Source: a virus (lineage: Duplodnaviria > Heunggongvirae > Uroviricota > Caudoviricetes). From it: a DNA stretch of 12,632 nucleotides. The notes beneath the pieces are model-generated. The model saw only the letters and a list, made by a program, of their open reading frames with translations, did no database searches and was not told where the DNA came from. The stretch lies in the IMG/VR virus record IMGVR_UViG_2695420382_000014, one strand, 5' to 3'. Below are positions 1 through 5,715 of the stretch, one piece after another (the first letter of the stretch is position 1; every line of letters begins with the position of its first letter). The position numbers were made by a program, and so were the translations under genes.

Positions 1-39
1 AAAAGAACAAATGGTAGTGTCCGCTATTGCCAGTACACC

Positions 40-1101
40 TCAAGTATCAGTTGCGCTCTGATTTGTTCCTTCATCTTCAAACACGCCCTTTGTAGTCAGG
101 TATTCAGTAATGTATTTGTTCAGTGCCACAGGGTCTTTGTGAATGTCGATCGGACGTTCACGGACAAGGCCAAAAATAGTCTGGCGGTCGTAGCGAAGGG
201 CATCAGGCTGTTTGCGCATTGATGCCGAGATACGCTTCCAGTCTTCGCGGTCGTTGTCGATAACTTCATTTTTTGCCCAGCGATGGATGCTGCCGTCAAT
301 GTTTCCGGCATCCACATCACCAGGCCAGAGAGCGTAGGCCAGTTCGTCATCCAGTGTTTTCCATGTCTGCTTGTATTCGCGATGAATGGCAGCAATGGCC
401 GGGCTGATTTTTCCTGTTGAATTTTCAGTGTGCTGTTGATTGGCTCTGGCACGGGCGAGATCAACAACAGACGTGTATTTTCCGGTTTCCTTGCGTTCAC
501 CTTCGCGACATTTTTTCCAGATGCGCATCTCTGCCTGAATTTCTGGCCATTTTGCACCAGGCTTACATTTATGCTTAATCCACCCGATGGCATGCAGTTT
601 AATCTCCGGACACATGGCGTTAACTTCTGGCATTTTCATCAACGCTTCAACGATATGTCCGTCGAATGTTGCCATGTCTTCCTGCAACAGTTCCTGCGCG
701 CTAATCACCATATCAACGGTGATGTTTTCACATGTGTCGAACTTAACCATGACAGCGTTCTGTACTTCAGGGGCCAGCTTGTCAAAAGTGACGTTCATCG
801 GTTCGGATTCAGTCTCAACCGGGACAAAGGAAGCAGACTCCTCATCCCAGCGGTTTTCCTGCATATATTCAGCATCCCAGGAATCGAGGGCAGGGCGGGG
901 TATACCAGGTTTATCCTCGCAGACAATAAATTTATAAGCGCAGTCCTGAGCAGCCGGATAATGTTCCAGGAATTGCCAGTGAAATTTTGCGCGGGCGCGG
1001 CGTTCGTCGCCGGCTTCAATGGCAGTGGCTACAGGTTTAGCGCCTTCTTCTTTTGTTGCCTTTTCGTCCGGAATGGCGGCGCAAATAAAGACTTTACTCA
1101 T
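40..1101 (-). CDS. Hypothetical prophage protein, 353 aa, acidic, function unknown; last gene of the leftward operon in this window
   Basis: Long uninterrupted minus-strand ORF; GAGGT Shine-Dalgarno about 9 nt upstream of the ATG at 1101; same orientation as the upstream Rha and small ORFs. No family motif recognised by eye. Confidence 0.6.
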   Translation of the reverse strand: MSKVFICAAIPDEKATKEEGAKPVATAIEAGDERRARAKFHWQFLEHYPAAQDCAYKFIVCEDKPGIPRPALDSWDAEYMQENRWDEESASFVPVETESEPMNVTFDKLAPEVQNAVMVKFDTCENITVDMVISAQELLQEDMATFDGHIVEALMKMPEVNAMCPEIKLHAIGWIKHKCKPGAKWPEIQAEMRIWKKCREGERKETGKYTSVVDLARARANQQHTENSTGKISPAIAAIHREYKQTWKTLDDELAYALWPGDVDAGNIDGSIHRWAKNEVIDNDREDWKRISASMRKQPDALRYDRQTIFGLVRERPIDIHKDPVALNKYITEYLTTKGVFEDEGTNQSATDT

Positions 1102-1194
1102 TTTGTTTTAACCTCATTACAGATTTAAGGGTGAACAAATCCCTGCCATTGCTGGCATATAAAAATGAAACCGGATATTTATTACGTGGCTGCT

Positions 1195-1386
1195 TTAAAG
1201 ACCTGCCGGGACTTCTTTATTATCCTGGTGAATGATTTTATCAACCGGATAACAGTTACCGGGAATTTTCTGTTCAGCTGCAGCAGCCACGCATTCTTTC
1301 ATGGAGTTGTATACTCCGGTAACCAGTTCAGCTGGTTCGCCCGTATTAAGAATAACGGTCAGAACGAGTGCAAATGCTGTATTCAT
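1195..1386 (-). CDS. Small protein (63 aa) with N-terminal hydrophobic segment (MNTAFALVLTVILNTG), possible membrane or secreted peptide
   Basis: Start taken at internal ATG 1384-1386, which overlaps the upstream ORF stop as ATGA (translational coupling). The track ORF 1195..1440 extends further 5' but lacks that coupling. Confidence 0.4.
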   Translation of the reverse strand: MNTAFALVLTVILNTGEPAELVTGVYNSMKECVAAAAEQKIPGNCYPVDKIIHQDNKEVPAGL

Positions 1387-1571
1387 CGCCAGCATCCTTT
1401 TTGCATCAGACGCAAACGAGCCAGCATTGAAACAATGCATATTTTATTTAATGACTCCCGTTCGTGTTTTCTCTTGTTAATGGCATCTTCAGTAAATACC
1501 GTGTTACTGATAGTGACACCAATTTCAAAACAACCTTCAGTCGTATTAACGTTTGGTAATAACGTTTCCAT
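1383..1571 (-). CDS. Small hypothetical protein (62 aa)
   Basis: ATG at 1571 with GAGGA about 8 nt upstream; lies 11 nt downstream of the Rha stop; stop overlaps the next start (ATGA). Operon context is the only support. Confidence 0.4.
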   Translation of the reverse strand: METLLPNVNTTEGCFEIGVTISNTVFTEDAINKRKHERESLNKICIVSMLARLRLMQKGCWR

Positions 1572-1581
1572 TATCGCGTCC

Positions 1582-2139
1582 TCAACAATGAATTTTGAGT
1601 AATTGCTCTACAGTCATATTTTTAATTGCGCCCCGGTTAACAAGAGTCCATCCCTGTTCTTCCAGATAAAACCGGAAAGTCTCCATGGTACAGACCCGTG
1701 CGCCATCAGGAACGGTTTCGGTGAATCTGATGTTGCCGCGTTCGTCGAAGTGAACAACCAGGGTGCGGCCATCGCCTGGAATTATTTTGTCAGTGGGTGG
1801 GGTGTTATTCTGGCGCAGTTCGGCCTCCATGCGATCGAACTCAGCAATGTAGGCTTCTTTAAATGCAGCGGCTTTTTTGCCAGTGAATCCCATCACCAGG
1901 AAAACGAAGCCGTTTTTGGTGATTTGGTACATCGGGCGTTTTTCGCCTTTGGCGTCAGTGTAGGTGACGTCCTCAAAATTGAGGGCGTTAAATTCAGGTG
2001 AGCATTCAGTATTTGCGATGGCACGTAACACATTGTCGTGACGCTTGCCAAAGAACTCTGCGATCGCAATAGACGTAGTGACAGCGCGACCATTTTCGAT
2101 GGTTACGTCAGGGTGAGAAAGGGCAGGGATAGTAGCCAT
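1582..2139 (-). CDS. Rha-family phage regulatory protein (185 aa)
   Basis: N-terminal segment VTIENGRAVTTSIAIAEFFGKRHDNVLRAIAN resembles the Phage_pRha signature. Start placed at internal ATG 2137-2139 (GAGGAT upstream), because the longer track ORF to 2436 would read through a sigma70-like promoter and a hairpin plus U-run. Confidence 0.65.
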   Translation of the reverse strand: MATIPALSHPDVTIENGRAVTTSIAIAEFFGKRHDNVLRAIANTECSPEFNALNFEDVTYTDAKGEKRPMYQITKNGFVFLVMGFTGKKAAAFKEAYIAEFDRMEAELRQNNTPPTDKIIPGDGRTLVVHFDERGNIRFTETVPDGARVCTMETFRFYLEEQGWTLVNRGAIKNMTVEQLLKIHC

Positions 2140-2308
2140 GATGGCATCCTCGAGTGATAAGTTAATTAACTCACCACCGAGGTTTTCCACGACCATAAGG
2201 GTGGTGTGACGTACAGGGGTGGAAATACCGGTCACTCGAGAACCCGGCCAGTCTTGCGACTGCCCTGCACATCCCACCATAATTTGAATGGAGCTGTGCA
2301 TTACGCAT

Positions 2309-2331
2309 AAAAAAACCGCTTCAGCGCGGCT
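2309..2331 (-). terminator. Weak intrinsic-terminator-like hairpin plus U7 run in the Rha leader (minus strand)
   Basis: Minus-strand RNA ...AGCCGCGCUGAAGCGG UUUUUUU: CCGC/GCGG stem 2316-2329 followed by the A-run 2309-2315 on the plus strand (U-run on minus). Stem is short (4-6 bp). Confidence 0.3.
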
Positions 2332-2391
2332 ATGCGCTCGAGTAACGTTCGGGTTTCCACGCCCGGCACCCGTTTTATAAGGTGCAGGTGC

Positions 2392-2420
2392 ACTATAATT
2401 CCACCCGTTCTGGTTTTCAA
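2392..2420 (-). promoter_or_regulatory. Sigma70-like promoter candidate reading leftward toward Rha
   Basis: Minus strand -35 TTGAAA (plus coords 2415-2420), 17-nt spacer, -10 TATAGT (2392-2397). A perfect TATAAT also lies on the plus strand at 2394-2399. Confidence 0.4.
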
Positions 2421-2458
2421 TAGCTACATTCAACATTTTCTCTCACCTTTCATCACCG

Positions 2459-2625
2459 AAGTGAATTTTGTTGATGCGGTGCCTGGTGCCTCCAGGTGAC
2501 GTTAACCAGTTAACAATTAACGCCGGATACAGGGAAACCCATAACCACCCGATACGGGGGAACTAATCGCTTTTTAACTGTGCCGCGTGCGCTGAGCCGC
2601 ATTCACCGCATCACAAAATTCACTT
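2459..2625. repeat. Pair of about 22-bp inverted repeats flanking a roughly 122-bp spacer upstream of the Rha promoter
   Basis: 2459-2481 AAGTGAATTTTGTTGATGCGGTG versus 2604-2625 CACCGCATCACAAAATTCACTT, whose reverse complement matches with one indel. The spacer contains GTTAAC x2 and a CCTGG-N5-CCAGG palindrome. Confidence 0.6.
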
Positions 2626-2867
2626 TAAAAAGGGCGGACATCAGCCAGCAATGAAACTGATGCCGCCAAAGGTACCAATCAACATGGAGTGTTGTGGCGT
2701 GGTTGTCACTTAAGCGTATGGTCAACCTGACAACCCGGTGTCCTCAACGGGGAAGGAATAACTCCGCCATACTTACCGCCGCGTCATTTCGCGTTGTGTG
2801 CCTGCTTTTAACCACGTCAGGCGAGGTGGTATCCTTCTTATCCCGAATAACCAAGAAGGAAATCTAT

Positions 2868-3068
2868 ATGACTAAAGAAGAATTTGTCTCTTATATTTTT
2901 GATAAAACGGTTGAAATGTATGCCGCTACTTACGGGTCCTGTAATCCTCTGAATAAACCAGAGGGAAAAGATGATTTCGACAAAATTTACCGCTTCTTGG
3001 AGGACCGCTATATCAAAAGCTTAGAGGACGCAGGGATCAAATCCCCAGTGAAGTCACCATTGTCCTGA
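2868..3068 (+). CDS. Small AT-rich hypothetical protein (66 aa), moron-like
   Basis: ATG 2868 with AAGGA Shine-Dalgarno 6 nt upstream; AT-rich by eye relative to neighbours. The track ORF from 2694 starts with GTG and has no SD. Confidence 0.45.
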   Translation: MTKEEFVSYIFDKTVEMYAATYGSCNPLNKPEGKDDFDKIYRFLEDRYIKSLEDAGIKSPVKSPLS

Positions 3069-3402
3069 GAACTTGCAGAACGTCATGATCATAACTTCCA
3101 TCCAAACCGCGACGGCGAATTGCTTCTCGTATTACCGGAAGCAGTTCGCTGGAAATCTCGGTGCATATTTCACCTGATAATACGCTTGGCTCAAGTGAGA
3201 ATATTGGTGAACTTACGGTCTTGGTCTCGACAGTTTCAGAGTCAGTGCCAACATTATAAAGCTCAACGAAAGCGGTCTTGATTTTCCGGGCCAGATCTTT
3301 TGCTGGCTCGCTTGCAATATCTTTCCCGATTTCTCGCAGCACAGAATGCAATGTATGAGCTGCTGTTTTCTGTACATCAGACGGTAAATCTTTAAATTCC
3401 AT
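3037..3402 (-). CDS. Hypothetical early-left protein (121 aa)
   Basis: Start at second ATG (3400-3402) with GAGG 6 nt upstream; sits 9 nt downstream of the YdaF-like stop; 3' end overlaps the convergent plus-strand gene by about 32 nt. Confidence 0.45.
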   Translation of the reverse strand: MEFKDLPSDVQKTAAHTLHSVLREIGKDIASEPAKDLARKIKTAFVELYNVGTDSETVETKTVSSPIFSLEPSVLSGEICTEISSELLPVIREAIRRRGLDGSYDHDVLQVLRTMVTSLGI

Positions 3403-3413
3403 CGTCAGCCTCA

Positions 3414-3566
3414 TCAGTCAGTGTTTCTGGCTAACCAGCAACGCGCGCCAGATTCGGTTTTAAACGTTTTGCTTTTGGTATACGTCATGGCGGTAAACGT
3501 TCCATCCTGGTTAGGGAACACGCCGCACACCAGAGATTCGTTGTTGCCAAGATCGATAGTATCCAT
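3414..3566 (-). CDS. Small YdaF-like (DUF1391-like) prophage protein, 50 aa
   Basis: Internal ATG at 3564-3566 has GAGG 5 nt upstream; the upstream ATG at 3620 has no SD. Sequence MDTIDLGNNESLV... resembles small Rac-type early-left proteins as recalled from memory. Confidence 0.5.
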   Translation of the reverse strand: MDTIDLGNNESLVCGVFPNQDGTFTAMTYTKSKTFKTESGARCWLARNTD

Positions 3567-3745
3567 GCTGACCTCATTTCCCCTTAACGCCGGGGTGGCG
3601 GAACAAAAAACCTGCTGCATAGTTAAAGATTGAACCCTGCCGTCATGTTCTTACGCCTCGGGCTGGCTACTTAACCCCTGACCACTGTCTGGTAACTCGA
3701 AGTATTGCCCTGCATTCTGTGGGGCGGGGTGGGTTGACGCCTGAA

Positions 3746-3786
3746 AAAATAGCATCATTATTTTTTGATGTAAATAGCATCGCTAT
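3746..3786 (-). promoter_or_regulatory. PL-like leftward promoter overlapped by two repressor-operator-like palindromes
   Basis: Minus strand -35 TTTACA (3769-3774), 17-nt spacer, -10 TATTTT (3746-3751). Operators: ATAGCatcGCTAT at 3774-3786 (perfect inverted repeat) and ATAGCatcATTAT at 3749-3761, centres 25 bp apart. Confidence 0.5.
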
Positions 3787-3801
3787 TGTTTTTGTTGGGG
3801 C

Positions 3802-3826
3802 AAGAAAAAACCACCCTAAGGTGGTT
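3802..3826 (-). terminator. Rho-independent terminator ending the repressor-antitoxin-toxin transcript
   Basis: Minus-strand RNA AACCACC-UUAG-GGUGGUU followed by UUUUCUUG: 7-bp perfect stem at 3809-3826 plus U-run, 17 nt downstream of the toxin stop. Confidence 0.6.
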
Positions 3827-3842
3827 CTGTCGGCGGGAATAA

Positions 3843-4133
3843 TTAACTGTTTTTGCCTGGATACTGTCTTCGAGAATGCACAATATTTACTACTTCTATG
3901 CTTGATGCTGTTACTCGGTAAAGGATGATGTAGTTAGGATGAGTTACAATTTCACGAAGACCAAGAACTCGCTCGCTTGGAGGATACAGGTAAGGATGCT
4001 CTGTGAGCGGCAAAACGGATGTTTCAATTCGAATTTTCATTCTGCGTGCTGCCGCGGGATTTTCTTTAGCTATGTAGGCTACGATCTGGCGCAAATCATC
4101 ACGAGCAGATGGTAGCCATAAAACGGGTAACAT
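3843..4133 (-). CDS. parE: ParE/RelE-family type II toxin (96 aa)
   Basis: Matches the ParE/RelE pattern by eye (ARDDLRQIVAYIAKENPAAARRM...GLREIV..NYIILYRV...IEVVNIVHSRRQ). Start codon overlaps the upstream small ORF's stop (TAATG). Confidence 0.75.
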   Translation of the reverse strand: MLPVLWLPSARDDLRQIVAYIAKENPAAARRMKIRIETSVLPLTEHPYLYPPSERVLGLREIVTHPNYIILYRVTASSIEVVNIVHSRRQYPGKNS

Positions 4134-4327
4134 TATTCACCTCTGTGAGTTGCAGCAGCAATTTGGGCAATAATTTGTTCCATTTCCGCCATTACCTCAT
4201 CATGCGGAATCGCCGGGCGGGGATCCGCGAGGCTTGCTGCTACTTTGGCCCGCAGCCATTCGTTGTAACTATTTTCTTGCTCAACTGTCTCAAATTCTGA
4301 AACCATTGGGGAAAGGACTGTACTCAT
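4133..4327 (-). CDS. Small acidic antitoxin candidate (64 aa), PaaA2-like
   Basis: Immediately upstream of and coupled to the ParE-like gene; GAGGAG Shine-Dalgarno; small acidic protein. The PaaA2 assignment rests on operon architecture recalled from the E. coli O157 PaaR2-PaaA2-ParE2 system, not on a recognised motif. Confidence 0.6.
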   Translation of the reverse strand: MSTVLSPMVSEFETVEQENSYNEWLRAKVAASLADPRPAIPHDEVMAEMEQIIAQIAAATHRGE

Positions 4328-4346
4328 TTTACATATCTCCTCTGAT

Positions 4347-4847
4347 TTAGGCGCGACGGCCTTTTTGTGCAGCTAACCACCGCGCAACCGTACGATCCAT
4401 TGATTCTTTTTTATCTTTCATCTCCTGAAGCATGTGTTCTTGATCTTCTTTCGGAAAAGCTCTGAACGTATGGATTAAATCTCGTTCCATCGGCTCTACG
4501 GCAAACGGTAGTTCATCCTCTGTTTGTTCTGTGTCTGCTGGTAATGCGACTATGTTATCTTGCTGTGGTTCTCGACAATACATCCTTGCAATTTGCAGCA
4601 AATCTACCATGTCTGGCCTGATTGACTCAGGGGGAACTTTCAGTAAGCCAGCAAACTTTAGAACAGCCTCAAGGTTTAGTGGGGTTTGACCATTTAGGTA
4701 GTGACTTACCGCCCCTTGTGTTGAAAACCCCATAATTTCCGCCGCACGTTCCTGAGTCAATCCCAACTGAGATTTCTTTGCCATCCAGATTTCTTTCAGT
4801 CTTCTGGCGGCGTTGAGGTCGGTGTCTGACAATGATTTTCTTTTCAT
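4347..4847 (-). CDS. XRE-family HTH repressor (cI-like, RacR/PaaR2-like), 166 aa
   Basis: HTH_XRE motif LGLTQERAAEIMGFSTQGAVSHYLNG; divergent from a Cro-like gene; operator palindromes in the intergenic region. Start chosen at ATG 4845-4847 (MKRKSL...); the track start at 4877 is GTG. Confidence 0.8.
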   Translation of the reverse strand: MKRKSLSDTDLNAARRLKEIWMAKKSQLGLTQERAAEIMGFSTQGAVSHYLNGQTPLNLEAVLKFAGLLKVPPESIRPDMVDLLQIARMYCREPQQDNIVALPADTEQTEDELPFAVEPMERDLIHTFRAFPKEDQEHMLQEMKDKKESMDRTVARWLAAQKGRRA

Positions 4848-4857
4848 ACATCCAATT

Positions 4858-4924
4858 CTAATAAGATTGCTAATCACTTTGAAATAGCATCACTATTTAC
4901 TTTTAAAAATAACAGTGCTATTAA
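4858..4924. promoter_or_regulatory. OR-like divergent promoter/operator region between repressor and cro-like gene
   Basis: Operators ATAGCatcACTAT (4884-4896) and ATAACagtGCTAT (4909-4921), centres 25 bp apart. Candidate rightward promoter -35 TTTACT 4896-4901 and -10 TATTAA 4919-4924. Candidate leftward promoter -35 TTTCAA (4879-4884) and -10 TATTAG (4858-4863), giving a near-leaderless repressor mRNA. Confidence 0.45.
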
Positions 4925-4958
4925 TTATGCATTGGTAACACATCACATAGGGCGGATT

Positions 4959-5222
4959 ATGAATCTTGGAGAATATTTGCATCATTTTCATATAACCCAG
5001 AGTTCATTTGCTGAGATTGTTGGCGCATCCCAAGGGATGGTCAGCCACGTTATAACGGGGCGTGCAAAACTTACAGGAGAAAAAATATTACGTTGGTGTG
5101 AAGCAACGGGATGGGTGGTGACCCCACATGAGATTGACAGTAAAACCTACCCCAACCCAACTGACGGCTTGCCTGCTGAGTTTCAGGCTAACACACAACC
5201 ATCGGCGGGGGTTGATTCATGA
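4959..5222 (+). CDS. Cro-like HTH protein (YdaS-like), 87 aa
   Basis: Divergent from the repressor; HTH-like segment SQGMVSHVITGRAKLTGEKILRWCEATGWVVTP; ATG 4959 preceded by AGGGCGG; stop overlaps the next start (ATGA). The track start at 4932 is TTG. Confidence 0.7.
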   Translation: MNLGEYLHHFHITQSSFAEIVGASQGMVSHVITGRAKLTGEKILRWCEATGWVVTPHEIDSKTYPNPTDGLPAEFQANTQPSAGVDS

Positions 5223-5644
5223 AAATCAAGCATGAACACATCCGCATGGCGATGAAAGCCTGGGCGCATCCGGACGGTGAAAAAGTTCCGGCAGCTGAAA
5301 TAACCAGGGTTTATTTCGAACTGGGAATGACGTTTCCGGTTCTGCATAACGACAGCAAGCACAACACGCTTTATCTCAACACCCAAAAGATTTTCCGTTG
5401 GCTGGATAAAGACACCCCTGACGCTGTTGAAAAAATTCAGGCGTTGTTACCTGCGATCGAAAGGGCAATGCCACCTCCGCTGGTGGCTCGAATGCGCAGC
5501 CACAGTTCAGCTTATTTTCGGGAACTGGTGGAGACGCATGAACGACTGGTGAGAGACGCTGATGATTTTGTCGCAGTGGCAATCGCCGGTTTCAATCAGA
5601 TGAACCGTGGTGGCCCGGCAGGAAATGCTGTGGCAGTACATTGA
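5219..5644 (+). CDS. YdaT-like protein (141 aa), CII-like regulator or putative toxin of Rac-type prophages
   Basis: Position and size match the Rac racR-ydaS-ydaT arrangement as recalled; translationally coupled to the Cro-like gene. Not confirmed by search. Confidence 0.6.
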   Translation: MKIKHEHIRMAMKAWAHPDGEKVPAAEITRVYFELGMTFPVLHNDSKHNTLYLNTQKIFRWLDKDTPDAVEKIQALLPAIERAMPPPLVARMRSHSSAYFRELVETHERLVRDADDFVAVAIAGFNQMNRGGPAGNAVAVH

Positions 5645-5715
5645 CTGACAATAGCCATATCGAATCGCTCCCGGCAACTCGTGAGTAAAAAGATTCGGTA
5701 TCAGAAGAGGTGAGT

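Noticed and set aside
430-1128. Plus-strand ORFs (232 aa, 116 aa) and the nested 157-aa minus-strand ORF at 120-593
   Set aside because: All overlap the 353-aa minus-strand gene in other frames; no ribosome-binding sites; likely shadow ORFs.
1165-2093. Plus-strand ORFs of 145 and 132 aa and minus-strand 66-aa ORF
   Set aside because: Antisense to or nested within the Rha operon genes; no start signals.
2140-2436. N-terminal 99-codon extension of the Rha ORF
   Set aside because: Contains a sigma70-like promoter and a hairpin plus U7 run; the Rha domain starts at the internal ATG, which has an SD.
3719-3928. 69-aa plus-strand ORF
   Set aside because: Spans the operator/promoter region, the terminator hairpin and the 3' end of the toxin gene; no SD.
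4877-4877. GTG at 4875-4877 as the repressor start
   Set aside because: The in-frame ATG at 4845-4847 gives an N-terminus (MKRKSLSD...) typical of this repressor family; the GTG extension would place the start inside the operator/promoter region.
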